A DNA stretch of 64,000 nt. Origin: an uncultured delta proteobacterium (GTDB lineage Bacteria; Desulfobacterota; Binatia; UBA9968). A model generated the notes under the pieces. It searched no databases, was not told where the DNA came from, and saw only the letters and a list, made by a program, of their open reading frames with translations. The position numbers were made by a program, and so were the translations under genes. Shown in pieces: positions 11,401 through 22,615 of the stretch (position 1 is its first letter; each line of letters opens with the position of its first letter). The stretch covers positions 184,752 through 248,751 of the forward strand of contig CAVSLC010000002.1 of the NCBI GenBank assembly GCA_963728565.1, written 5' to 3'.

Positions 11401-14400
11401 CAGCGCCCGGCACGTTGGCCTGCCCGCCCAAGCGGCCTTCAACCCCGACCTCGCGAGCAACGGTCGTTACCTGCTCTGCAAAGATGGCCAAAGTATCAGT
11501 CATGTTGTTGATCGTTTCCGCCAACGCGGCAACTTCACCTTTAGCTTCGACAGTAAGCTTTTCTTTGAGGCTGCCGTTAGCGACGGCGGTAACAACCTTG
11601 ACGATACCGCGCACCTGGGCGGTGAGGTTTGCGGCCATGACATTAACGTTATCCGTCAGGTCCTTCCAGGTACCGGCAACACCGGGAACCAAGGCCTGCC
11701 CGCCCAGCTTTCCTTCGGTGCCGACCTCGCGCGCGACACGGGTGACTTCGGCGGCGAAGCTGCGCAATTGATCGACCATCGTATTGATGGCTTCCTTAAG
11801 CTGTAGAATTTCGCCTTGCACGTCGACAGTGATCTTTTTGGACAAGTCGCCGTTGGCGACGGCGATGGTGACGTCGGCGATATTCCTCACTTGCGCCGTC
11901 AGATTGCCAGCCATGAAATTGACGCTGTCGGTCAGGTCCTTCCAGGTGCCGGCAACACCGGGAACCAAGGCCTGGCCGCCCAGCTTGCCGTCCGTGCCGA
12001 CCTCGCGCGCCACACGGGTGACCTCGGCGGCAAAGGCGTTTAGCTGATCGACCATGGTGTTGATGGCTTCTTTGAGCTGCAGGATTTCGCCGCGCACATC
12101 GACGGTAATCTTCTTGGATAGGTCGCCGTTAGCGACTGCAATGGTGACGTCGGCGATGTTGCGCACCTGAGCGGTCAGGTTGCCGGCCATGAAATTGACG
12201 CTGTCGGTCAAATCTTTCCAGACACCACTGACACCGCGAACCTGCGCCTGACCTCCCAACTTACCCTCGGTGCCGACCTCCCGCGCCACCCGGGTGACCT
12301 CGGCGGCAAAGGCGTTTAACTGATCGACCATCGTGTTAATGGTGTCTTTGAGCTGCAGGATTTCACCTTTGACATCGACGGTGATTTTCCTGGACAAGTC
12401 GCCGTTGGCCACGGCGATGGTAACATCGGCGATATTTCGCACTTGAGAGGTTAAGTTGCTCGCCATCGCATTGACACTGTCGGTCAAATCTTTCCAGGTG
12501 CCGGCGACTCCGGGAACGACCGCTTGGCCGCCCAACTTGCCGTCAGTGCCGACCTCGCGCGCCACCCGGGTGACTTCGGCGGCAAAGGCGTTTAACTGAT
12601 CGACCATGGTGTTGATGGCCTCTTTAAGCTGGAGAATCTCACCATGAACATCGACGGTAATTTTTTGGATAAGTCGCCGTTGGCCACGGCGATGGTGACA
12701 TCGGCAATGTTGCGCACCTGCGCCGTTAGGTTGCCGGCCATGAAATTGACGCTGTCGGTCAAATCTTTCCAAGTGCCGGCGACTCCGGGAACGACCGCTT
12801 GGCCGCCCAACTTGCCGTCAGTGCCGACCTCGCGGGCCACCCGGGTGACTTCGGCGGCAAAGGCGTTTAACTGATCGACCATGGTGTTGATGGCCTCTTT
12901 AAGCTGGAGAATCTCACCATGAACATCGACGGTAATTTTCTTGGATAAGTCGCCGTTGGCGACGGCAATGGTGACATCGGCGATATTTCGCACCTGCGCC
13001 GTCAAGTTGCCGGCCATGATGTTGACGTTCTCAGTAAGATCTTTCCAAACACCGCTGACATCTCGAACCTGAGCTTGGCCGCCCAACTTACCTTCGGTGC
13101 CGACCTCACGCGCCACCCGGGTGACTTCGGCGGCAAAGCTGCGCAACTGGTCGACCATGGTATTGATGGCTTCTTTGAGCTGGAGAATTTCGCCGCGCAC
13201 ATCGACGGTGATCTTCTTGGACAGGTCGCCGTTGGCGACGGCGATGGTAACGTCCGCGATATTTCGAACCTGGTCGGTGAGATTGCCGGCCATCAAGTTG
13301 ACGCTGTCGGTCAGGTCTTTCCAGGTGCCGGCAACTCCGGGAACGACGGCCTGTCCGCCCAGTTTGCCTTCGGTGCCGACCTCACGCGCCACCCGGGTGA
13401 CTTCGGCGGCAAAGCTGCGCAACTGGTCGACCATGGTATTGATCGTGTCTTTAAGTTGCAGTATTTCGCCTTTGACATCGACGGTGATTTTTCTCGATAA
13501 ATCTCCGTTGGCCACGGCAATGGTGACATCGGCGATATTTCGCACCTGGGATGTCAAATTGCTGGCCATTGCATTGACGCTGTCGGTCAAATCTTTCCAG
13601 GTGCCGGCGACTCCGGGAACGACGGCCTGGCCGCCCAGTTTGCCATCGGTGCCGACCTCGCGCGCCACCCGCGTCACCTCGGCGGCAAAGCTTCTGAGTT
13701 GATCCACCATGGTGTTGATGGTGTCTTTGAGCTGCAGGATTTCGCCGCGCACATCGACGGTAATTTTTCTGGAAAGGTCGCCGTTGGCCACGGCAATGGT
13801 GACGTCGGCGATATTGCGTACCTGCGCCGTCAAATTACCCGCCATCATGTTCACGCTCTCGGTTAAATCTTTCCAAACCCCGCTGACATCTCGAACCTGG
13901 GCTTGGCCTCCGAGTTTGCCTTCAGTACCCACCTCACGCGCTACACGCGTCACCTCCTCGGCAAAACCATCGAGCTGTTTAACCATCGCGTTAACCATTT
14001 TCGCGGTGCGAAGAAATTCCCCTCTCAGCGGCTGGCCTTCGGCGTCCAATGCGACGGTCTGGGTTAGATCGCCCTTGGCTACCGCTCCAATAACCCGTGC
14101 CATTTCCGTAGTTGGACGGACCAGATCATCTATCAAATGGTTCACCGCATTGACCCTGCTCCTCCAGGAACCCGATGCTCCTGGAAGCACCGCCCGTTGT
14201 GACAGCCGCCCCTCTTTGCCGACAACCCGGCTGACTCGCTCCATTTCTTTGGTGCTATCCGACATCATCTCGATGATGTCATTGATGGTATCGGCGATCT
14301 TGCCATCAACGCCGGTCCAGCTGCCGGGAAGCCTCGCGCTAAAGTCGCCCTTCTTCACTGAGGTAAGCACCTGCAGCAGCAGTTTCGAATCCAGCAGGTG

Positions 14401-14435
14401 GCTTTCATCCGAGGAACGATTCTTTTAGCCATCAT
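8411..14435 (-). CDS. Poly-HAMP (about 11 units) GAF hybrid histidine kinase with three REC domains; frameshifts near 14423 and 12663
   Basis: Repeated 92-aa [18 protein letters not shown]...WKDLTD units, [15 protein letters not shown], three REC domains; RBS AGGAG and ATG at 14435. Confidence 0.9.
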
Positions 14436-14930
14436 CGGTCTCCTAGAGGTATGGCGCGCCGATAGATAATTGAGACGTCAAGCAGGCGGAATTTGGGCAG
14501 AGGACAATTCTGAAATGCTCGTTTTCGGCAACGCCGTTTCTGTTAAAACGAAAAGTCCTGATTTCGAAGCAAACGGTGAAAAGCGAGGATATTGTACTTA
14601 GAAAGCCGATGCAACGATTAATCGCGCCATCGGCTACAGTTTACGGGGCCCTAGCATGATCGAGCCCCATTCATTGATTCTCGCTTAAGGCGGCAAAACT
14701 GCTCAAATGCAAACCTACTGCACTCGTCCTAGTGCTTTTTCAATACATCGCTAAGGCCGTAAGTTTGCGTTTACATAGTTGCAGATCGAGCTGTTTTCCC
14801 CTACATTCGCTCAATAACCCACGCCCCTCAGTCAGCTAATCTTTTTTTAAGCCTAGGCAAGTTCATCAGCGGCGGCCGTGCGGAATATTTTTAAGATCTA
14901 TCATTTCGTTGAGAAGATGGAGGTAGCTTG

Positions 14931-17156
14931 ATGGCAGCGTCGAAGCAGGTTGTAGGCAATCCAACACCGAGGGTGGAGGGCGAGCTAAAAGTCAGCGGCA
15001 AGGCCAAGTATGCGGTCGATGTAACCCTACCGGGAATGTTGTGGGGCAAGCTCTATAGAAGCCCGATCGCATCCGGGAAGATAAAAAGGATTGATGTCAG
15101 CAAGGCCGAAGCGCTGCCCGGTGTGCACGCGGTGGTGACGGGAGAAGATTGTACCGGACTGCGGATCGGCCGCCGGCTCTACGATATGCCGATCTTGGCA
15201 GACGGCGAAGTGAGATTCATCGGCGAGAAAGTTGCCGCGGTGGCGGCAGATAATGAGAGCATCGCCGAGGAGGCGCTCAATCTCATCGAAGTCGAATTCG
15301 AAGAAACCGAGCCGCTTTTGGATCCGCTCGAGGCCATGAAGCCCGGCGCAAAGTTATTGCACCCGGATGTCATGAACTACAAAGGTCTGCCTAAGGCGCT
15401 GGAGGCGCCGTCCAATGAGTTCGTTTATGTTACCTGGGGCAAGGGCGACCCCGAGGAGGGTTTCCGCCAGGCGGACCTCATCGTCGAGAACACATTTACC
15501 ACTCCGGTGGTGCATCAGAGTTACATCGAGCCCCATTCCTGCGTGGTGAGCGCGGCGACCGACGGTTCGGCGGAGTTCTGGTCGTGCAGCAAGGTGCCCT
15601 ACGGCGTGCGCGAACAGGTCGCCAATGCGCTCAAACTGCCGCCAGAGAAACTCAACTTTAACCCCGTCTACATCGGCGGTGACTTCGGCGGCAAGGGCGA
15701 TTTCATGGATCTTGCCGTGGTCTATCTTTTGTCCAAGAAAGCCGGACGGCCAGTGAAATTGGTGATGGACTATGAAGAAGAATTCGTCGCCGGCAATCCA
15801 CGTCACGCTTCGATCATCCACGTCAAAACCGGCGTAAAGAAAGACGGCACTCTGGTCGCGCACCGCATGAGCTTCATCTTCGACAGCGGCGCCTACGGCG
15901 CGTTCAAGCCCAATGCGTTTCTCAACGGGCCGCACCTGTCGGCCGGGCCGTACAATATTCCTCATGTCTTTATCGAGGAGCATATGGTCTACACCAACAA
16001 GATCCCCTGCGGCCATATGCGCTCGCCCGGCGATCCCCAGGGATTCTTTGCAAACGAGAGCCAGATGGACATAATCGCGAAACGGTTGGGCATGGACCCG
16101 ATCAAGCTGCGCCAGAAAAACTTCATGCACGACGGCGACATCGATCCCACTGGGGAGGAGTATAGCTATATCAAGACCGACGAGACCCTTAGAAAAGCGC
16201 TGGACGATTCCGGCTACGAGAAACCCAAGGCGAAAAACGTCGGGCGCGGCATCGCGTTGGTGCAGTGGACCCCTGCCGGTGGGACGGGTACCGTCGCCAT
16301 TTCGCTGGATGAAAAAGGCATCGCTACGATTTCCTCCGCCATGGCGGACCAAGGAGCTGGAACCTACACCGTGCTGAGCGAAATCGTTGCTGAAGAGCTC
16401 AAAATCCCACTCAGCCAGGTCAAGGCTCAGCAACTGGACACGCAGACCGGCGTGAAGGATACCGGCGTCGGCGGCAGCCGCGCGACGCGAGTTTATGGCA
16501 CCGCGGGCTACCAAGCGGCTTTGAAGGCCGTGGATGCGATTAAGCAAGCGGCGGCAAGTCAGATGGGCGTAGCGGCCGATCAAATCACGCTTGCGAAGGG
16601 GGCGGCGCTGCACCCGCGCATGGAAAGGCGACTCACGTACGGCGAAATTGTCAAAGCCAACGGCGCGCCGATCGCGGTGGATGCCACGTTTAACGACACC
16701 AAAAAGATTCACGCCGCTTCCATGTGCGTGCAGGTCGCGGAAGTGGAAGTCGACCCGGAAACCGGACGGGTTGATCTCAGAAAATTCACTTCGACGCATA
16801 ACACCGGCACGGTGCTCAACCCGCTGATGCACCAGGGGCAGATCGAGGGCGCAAGCATGACCGGCATCGGGTACACGCTGATGGAAGAAGTCGTCATTAG
16901 CGACGGCAAAGTCGCAACGACTCACTTCGGCGAGTACAAGATCCCGACGATTAAGGACGTTCCGGTATTCAAAGGCTCGGTGACCGAAGCGCCGCACGGA
17001 GCTGGGCCCTACGACAGCATGCCGATCGGCGAGACGGGCAATATCCCGACGGCTGCGGCCATCGCCAACGCCGTTGAAGATGCTTGCGGCGTGCGCATCA
17101 AGAGTCTGCCGATTACCGCGGAAAAGATTTACGAAGCACTGCACGGCGGTAAGTAG
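14931..17156 (+). CDS. Xanthine dehydrogenase family molybdopterin-binding subunit
   Basis: GKAKYAVD, IGGDFGGK, MRSPG, GQIEG, IGE..NIPT motifs. Confidence 0.92.
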   Translation: MAASKQVVGNPTPRVEGELKVSGKAKYAVDVTLPGMLWGKLYRSPIASGKIKRIDVSKAEALPGVHAVVTGEDCTGLRIGRRLYDMPILADGEVRFIGEKVAAVAADNESIAEEALNLIEVEFEETEPLLDPLEAMKPGAKLLHPDVMNYKGLPKALEAPSNEFVYVTWGKGDPEEGFRQADLIVENTFTTPVVHQSYIEPHSCVVSAATDGSAEFWSCSKVPYGVREQVANALKLPPEKLNFNPVYIGGDFGGKGDFMDLAVVYLLSKKAGRPVKLVMDYEEEFVAGNPRHASIIHVKTGVKKDGTLVAHRMSFIFDSGAYGAFKPNAFLNGPHLSAGPYNIPHVFIEEHMVYTNKIPCGHMRSPGDPQGFFANESQMDIIAKRLGMDPIKLRQKNFMHDGDIDPTGEEYSYIKTDETLRKALDDSGYEKPKAKNVGRGIALVQWTPAGGTGTVAISLDEKGIATISSAMADQGAGTYTVLSEIVAEELKIPLSQVKAQQLDTQTGVKDTGVGGSRATRVYGTAGYQAALKAVDAIKQAAASQMGVAADQITLAKGAALHPRMERRLTYGEIVKANGAPIAVDATFNDTKKIHAASMCVQVAEVEVDPETGRVDLRKFTSTHNTGTVLNPLMHQGQIEGASMTGIGYTLMEEVVISDGKVATTHFGEYKIPTIKDVPVFKGSVTEAPHGAGPYDSMPIGETGNIPTAAAIANAVEDACGVRIKSLPITAEKIYEALHGGK

Positions 17157-17474
17157 TTCGATAGGGTTCCGGGAACGTTTAAGTTAGCGGGGGGTTGTTT
17201 ACCAGTGAAGAGGGCGCCCGCGCTCGCCCCGCATTGTGCTTGGTTACCAGCTCTATGTGAATACGGCTAAACTCAGCCTCGGCATGTTCGTGCTCGTGTT
17301 CTGTTTCCGGAAGTAGGACTCTTCTACCAGGGGAATGTCCAAAGTCACGGACATGCCTGTTTTCCGGACACGATACTGGCTGTATCTTTTCCGCTTTATC
17401 CTTCTGCCTTAATCCCCTTGTCAGGAGTTTTTTTGTCACATAAGATCGGCGCTGATTTCGCTTGAGGAGCAAGA

Positions 17475-17933
17475 ATGATTTTTGAAGGAAAGATCGATCT
17501 TGATGTGCCTGCGGCCAAGACGTGGGACTTTCTGATCGACATCAATAAATTCTCATCGTGCCTGCCTGGCCTGCAGGAGGTCAAACAAATCGATGACAAA
17601 ACCTTTGACGGGGTTATCGCCGCCAATGTTGGCCCGATCTCGGGCAAGTTTTCTTTTCGTGCAATGATTGTTGAAAGTAAACCACCGGAACAAATGGTGG
17701 TGAAGACCGAGGGAACGGATTCCGTGACCAAGAGCACGGTCAATGCGGATATGCTCGTGGATCTGCAAGAGCCTGCCGCCAATGAGACGATGATGAACTA
17801 CCGTGCCGACATCAAGATCAAAGGACGGCTCGGAATTCTCGGTGATATGGTGCTGCGCGCCACGGCGACATTAATTTTGCAAGAGTTTACCAAGCGCTTA
17901 CGCCAGGGCCTGGGCGCGACAGCCAAAGCGTGA
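17475..17933 (+). CDS. CoxG/SRPBCC family protein
   Basis: WDFLID...CLPG, VGPISGKF, GRLGILG; adjacent to the Mo subunit. Confidence 0.85.
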   Translation: MIFEGKIDLDVPAAKTWDFLIDINKFSSCLPGLQEVKQIDDKTFDGVIAANVGPISGKFSFRAMIVESKPPEQMVVKTEGTDSVTKSTVNADMLVDLQEPAANETMMNYRADIKIKGRLGILGDMVLRATATLILQEFTKRLRQGLGATAKA

Positions 17934-17957
17934 GCGCGCGACGGAGGAAGAGTTTCG

Positions 17958-19470
17958 ATGGCAGATAAGTATGACGTTATTATCGTCGGGGGAGGCTCCG
18001 CCGGACTCGTGGCCGCCAACCGGCTTACAGAAGACCCGAGTCGCAAAGTCTTGTTGCTCGAAGCCGGGCCTGACCCGCAGCCATTGCCCGAGCTTGTTGC
18101 CGAGGCTTCGAATCAGACTCGCTTGTTACTTGAATCAGAATACGTCGCGATGTTTCCGACCCAACGGCATCTCGACGGCAGCACTTATTATGCCCTTGCC
18201 GGCCGCATCATGGGCGGCGGCTCTTCGGTAAACGTGATGTCGGTGCTGCGCCCGCAGCGCTATGATCTTGATCAATGGGTGCAGGCCGGCAATCCCGATT
18301 GGTCCTACCAAACCTGCTTGCCATTTATGAAACGCATCGAGTCGGACCAAGATTTTCCCGATAGTCCGATTCACGGTAACGATGGGCCGCTCTACGTCAA
18401 GCGGCATTATACTCTCGACATGCCGGCGTCGCCGCCGGTGCGCGCATTCATTGACGCCGCTTATAGTATGGGCTTGCCGAGATGTCCCGATCTCAACGTG
18501 CCGGAGCCGTACGGTGTTTGCGCTTCGCCGTACAATATCAAGAACGGCAAACGCCAATCGACGACGATAGCCTATCTCGACCCGGTACGCGGCCGGCCCA
18601 ATTTGACGATTATCGCTGAGGCCACGGTCCACTCTCTGCAGCTCTCTGGCAAAAAAGCCGAAGGCGTGCGTTATGAGAAGAACGGCCAGATGCACTCCGT
18701 GTATGGGCGGGCAAATTTTGCTCACTGCCGGAGTGTATGGTTCGCCGCAGATACTGATGCTTTCGGGAATCGGTCAAAGTGACCAGTTAAAAAAACATGG
18801 CATTCCGGTGGTCCATGAGCTGAAAGGAATCGGCGAAAACTATCAAGACCATCCGGTGGTGTTTATGACTTTCGAAGGGCCCAGAGAGTCGAAGGAGGAC
18901 TGGGTTGTGCCGCGCTTCCGCCTGATCATTCGTAAGAACCCCATCAGTGAGGCGGCCAATTTTCACATCAACATGCGGCCGCCGACGGAGGTGAGCGGTC
19001 TTAAGCGCATGATGCCGGTCTCGGCGCACTTGCTCGAGCAGCGAAATCGCGGCCGGGTTTTTCTGCAGAGCGCGGATCCTCAGGAGCAGCTCGGCATTGA
19101 TTCCTGCATGCTCGAACATCCCGAAGATTTAAAAGCAATGATCGAAGCCATGCAGTTCATCGATGAGCTCGTGCACAAGGAGGAGACCAGAGAGTTTTAC
19201 GGTCCTTTGATTCAACCGGGTCCCGGCGAAGATTGGGGCAAATTCGCGCGGACGACCTATGACAGCTATCATCACGGCGTCGGCACCTGTAAGATGGGAC
19301 CGGCGTCCGACAGCATGGCGGTGGTCGATCAAAGGTTGCGGGTTCATGGGATTGCCAATCTTTGGGTTGGAGACGCTTCGATTATGCCGGTAGTGAGTCG
19401 GGCCAATACGAATTTAACCTCGATCATGATCGGCGAGCGCTTGGCGGATTTTGTGCAGGAAGTGGCTTAA
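17958..19470 (+). CDS. GMC oxidoreductase (choline dehydrogenase-like), frameshift near 18705
   Basis: GGGSAG, GRIMGGGSSVN, SPQILMLSGIG, HHGVGTCKMG, ANTN. Confidence 0.9.
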
Positions 19471-19484
19471 AGAAGAAAGACCTG

Positions 19485-19583
19485 GTTCAAAACGTTCAAG
19501 CCGTTCAAAACGTTCAAATCGTTTCAGATCAAAATCTGTTCCGAACATTTTGAACGGCTGGAACTGCTTGAACGGTTTGAACG
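19485..19583. repeat. Tandem-unit palindrome A (GTTCAA x4 / TTGAAC x4, 9-bp period)
   Basis: gttcaaaac gttcaagcc gttcaaaac gttcaaatc ... ttgaacggc tggaactgc ttgaacggt ttgaacg. Confidence 0.9.
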
Positions 19584-19610
19584 CGCGTTAGCGCTCTCCT
19601 GGGAGGCTCC

Positions 19611-20120
19611 ATGGCCGATTACCCGTTGACGGCTGCAGCAATCAGCAGCGAGATTAAACGCGCCGGCATTCACTTCGTCGTCGCCTTGCCGGACCGTGTC
19701 ACCAGTCAACATCTTCTCAAAGGCATGCTGAGCGACGGCGACTTTCATGTCGTTCAGGTATGCAAGGAAGACGAAGGCGTCTCGGTGTGCAGCGGGCTTT
19801 ACGCCGCGGGCAAGCGTGCGGTTCTGATGATGCAATATACGGGTTTACTCGATTCGATCAACTCGATCCGCGGCATCGGCGTCGAAGGGCGATTTCCGGT
19901 CTGCATGGTTGTCGGGCTACTCGGCAAAGAACCGGACGTGGCGCCGACCAATTCCAAGAAGTATGGAGTGAAGATCATCGAACCGATCCTTGACGTGATG
20001 GGAATCGAACACCACCTCGTTGAACGTGACGCCGACGCGAAAAAAATCGGCTCGGCCATCGACAAAGCTTTCGCTGAATCGTTTCCTGTAGCTGTGCTAA
20101 TCGGAAGGGAGCCCCGCTAG
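19611..20120 (+). CDS. ThDP-dependent decarboxylase alpha subunit (ComD/phosphonopyruvate decarboxylase-like)
   Basis: VVALPD, KEDEGVSVCSG, MMQYTG. Confidence 0.8.
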   Translation: MADYPLTAAAISSEIKRAGIHFVVALPDRVTSQHLLKGMLSDGDFHVVQVCKEDEGVSVCSGLYAAGKRAVLMMQYTGLLDSINSIRGIGVEGRFPVCMVVGLLGKEPDVAPTNSKKYGVKIIEPILDVMGIEHHLVERDADAKKIGSAIDKAFAESFPVAVLIGREPR

Positions 20121-20122
20121 CG

Positions 20123-20689
20123 ATGATGAAACGCGATGAAATGCTCAAAGTCTTCGCACGTCAACGAAAAGATGAGATCGTTGTGGCGGTTTACATGGCG
20201 GCGCAAGAGATTACGCATATTGCGCCCAATGATCTTAATTACACATTCACCGGCGCGATGGGGCAGGGTTCATCCCATGCCCTCGGTTTGGCCCTCGGGC
20301 GCCCGGACCGCCGCGTCATCGTTTTCGACGGAGACGGCAGTTTGCTGATGAATCTTGGCAGCTTGGTCACCATCGCCAACCAAGCGCCAAAGAATCTAGT
20401 TCATTGCCTTTGCGAAAACGGCACCTACGAAACCAACGGCGCCGTGCCGATACCGCGCGCCGGACAAATTCGATTTACCGATCTTGCCAAAACCGCAGGA
20501 TACCGAAACACCTACGAACTGGCCGATATTGCCGACTGGGAACGCGAGTTGCCGCGCATTCTAAAGGAAGACGGGCCGATCTTTGTCGATCTGAAAGTCG
20601 AACCCGGCGAAGCATATCCCGAGAATTTCCCGCGGCTTTACAGCCACGAGCATCGTGAAAAATTTCGCCGCGCGCTCGCAGCCAGCTGA
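20123..20689 (+). CDS. ThDP-dependent decarboxylase beta subunit (ComE-like)
   Basis: GAMG, GDGSLLMNLGSL...ENG ThDP-binding motif. Confidence 0.85.
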   Translation: MMKRDEMLKVFARQRKDEIVVAVYMAAQEITHIAPNDLNYTFTGAMGQGSSHALGLALGRPDRRVIVFDGDGSLLMNLGSLVTIANQAPKNLVHCLCENGTYETNGAVPIPRAGQIRFTDLAKTAGYRNTYELADIADWERELPRILKEDGPIFVDLKVEPGEAYPENFPRLYSHEHREKFRRALAAS

Positions 20690-20970
20690 AAGACCCCCGT
20701 TCCGTGGCTCCATCGCTTGGCTCTGGCTGCGTCTTGGGCTCAGAGCTTAGAGCCGATTCTACGCACACGATCACGGGAACCGCACGATGCTTTGGAAATC
20801 CGAGCCGCCAGTAAAAAGAATCTACAGAAATTTCTTTAGAGAACGCTTGACCTTCAAGCATCTGTAAACGAGTCTATCAAGAGGCTCGGCCCCGACGCCC
20901 AGCTCGAGTGATTTAAACTGCCTTCACTCTCATCAAAGCGTGCTTCCGTTGTTGCGAGTTTCACCTGGTT

Positions 20971-21846
20971 ATGACTTCCGACGCCACGGCGCAACTGCTG
21001 GCTTTGATCACCTCAGTCCTATACGCATCCGCGCTTGTGTCGGCGCGCGCCGGCCTGCGCTTTTCAACCCCGACGACGGTGACCCTGTTTTCGATTCTCA
21101 TGCAGAACCTGCTGCTATGGTCGGCAGTCTATGCCAGCGGCGGCGTGCATGCGGTGCCGTTAGCCGGAATTCTTTTGTTTACTGTGGTAGGAATTTTTCA
21201 GCTGGGTGTTCGACTTCTTGCTTATACCGGCGTGGAAAAGATTGGCGCATCGCGCAGCAGCGCGCTCCAGTCGATCAGCCCGTTAGTCAGCGCCATTATT
21301 GCGGTGACAATTCTCGGGGAAGAACCCTCTCTGTTGATCGTTTTGGGTACGGTCCTGGTGGTTGGCGGCATCGTTCTGGTTTCCTGGAAACCGGAACAAC
21401 AGCTGGCGGCATTTCGCCGATGGCACCTATTGCTGCCGCTCGGAGCCGCTTTTCTGACCGGCATGAACCATCCGATTCGTCGTTACGTTCTCGCCATGGC
21501 GAACGAGCCGCTGTTTTTTTCCGCTCTTATGGGCACTGTCTCTCTAGCTGGATTTTTGATCTACCTTGCGGCTTCGCCGCGGTCACAGAAGCTGGTCTGG
21601 GACCGCAGGTCTTTTTGGCCGTTTATTGGCACCGGCTTATTCGAAACCTTTTCAATTCTTTTTATCATAACAGCCATCAGTATGGGTCGGGTTGTGGTGG
21701 TAGCGCCGATCGCTGCCAGTTATCCAATCTGGGCGCTCATTGAAGCACGAATTTTTCTGCGGCAGATCGAACCGATTAATCTTAAAACTCTCCTCGGTAT
21801 ATTGAGCGTCGTTGCCGGCAATGCGGCGATCCATCTGGGCAGATGA
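20971..21846 (+). CDS. EamA/DMT family transporter
   Basis: About 10 TM segments with an internal duplication, ILGE motif. Confidence 0.85.
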   Translation: MTSDATAQLLALITSVLYASALVSARAGLRFSTPTTVTLFSILMQNLLLWSAVYASGGVHAVPLAGILLFTVVGIFQLGVRLLAYTGVEKIGASRSSALQSISPLVSAIIAVTILGEEPSLLIVLGTVLVVGGIVLVSWKPEQQLAAFRRWHLLLPLGAAFLTGMNHPIRRYVLAMANEPLFFSALMGTVSLAGFLIYLAASPRSQKLVWDRRSFWPFIGTGLFETFSILFIITAISMGRVVVVAPIAASYPIWALIEARIFLRQIEPINLKTLLGILSVVAGNAAIHLGR

Positions 21847-21906
21847 GTTTATACTTGTGAGTCCGATCAGTGTCGCATATGATCCGGCACGACGGGAGGT
21901 GCTGCC

Positions 21907-22533
21907 GTGAAACTCTTCGATATCTCTCTTAGCCTTTCGCCTCAGACGATTCATTGGGTCACCGGAACCCCGCTGCAATTAATCGAGCGCAAGCGTATGA
22001 GCCGCGGTGACACGAACAATTCATCGTCGATCCATACCAGCGTGCATGCCGGGACCCATGTCGACGCGCCTTTCCATTTCGTACCCGAGGGCGTCACGAT
22101 CGAATCGCTGCCGCTGGATCTTTTCATTGGACCCGCCAGGGTTTGTGAGCTCCAACCCGGCAGTCATATAACAGCAGCCGATATCAACAAACTCGCGATA
22201 CAAGGCGAGGATCGAGTCTTGTTCAAAACGCGCAACTCGCAGTTGCTGCACAAAGGCGTCTATGATGCGAGTTTCGCCGCATTTTCAGTTGACGGCGCGA
22301 AGGCATTGGTCGATGCCGGCGTTCGTCTCGTCGGTCTCGACTATCTTTCAGCGGCTCATGCCGATGAACAGGTTCCGGTTCATCGAGCATTCCTCGATTA
22401 CGGAGTAGTGCTTCTCGAGGGCGTCGATTTATCGCAGGTTCCGTCGGGCCGGTATGAGCTGATTTGCCCACCGGTGAAACTCGCGGGATCGGACGGCGCG
22501 CCCTGCCGCGCGATCCTCAGAGAACTGAATTGA
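21907..22533 (+). CDS. Cyclase family (kynurenine formamidase-like) metal hydrolase
   Basis: HAGTHVDAPFHF, VGLDYLS, HRAFL, DGAPCRA. Confidence 0.9.
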   Translation: MKLFDISLSLSPQTIHWVTGTPLQLIERKRMSRGDTNNSSSIHTSVHAGTHVDAPFHFVPEGVTIESLPLDLFIGPARVCELQPGSHITAADINKLAIQGEDRVLFKTRNSQLLHKGVYDASFAAFSVDGAKALVDAGVRLVGLDYLSAAHADEQVPVHRAFLDYGVVLLEGVDLSQVPSGRYELICPPVKLAGSDGAPCRAILRELN

Positions 22534-22615
22534 CAAAACGCCCTGGTAGTTCAAGTCGCGGCTCGACGGTGCGCGCAGGATTTTCCGTTAATACTCCTGA
22601 TCGCTTTAAAAAATT

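Noticed and set aside
4642-14435. Genomic island integrated at tRNA-Asn
   Set aside because: No integrase and no duplicated tRNA 3' end noticed in the window
15354-17144. Long antisense ORFs (also 43119-44336, 13097-14428)
   Set aside because: Shadows of GC-rich sense genes with no motifs
14931-17933. Aerobic CO dehydrogenase (coxL + coxG)
   Set aside because: The loop is HMRSPG, not AYxCSFR or AYxGAGR; no coxM/coxS
19485-19583. CRISPR array or LexA boxes (also the 42305 and 44368 elements)
   Set aside because: Units are 8-9 bp without spacers; the spacing fits neither GTTC-N7-GTTC nor GAAC-N4-GTTC
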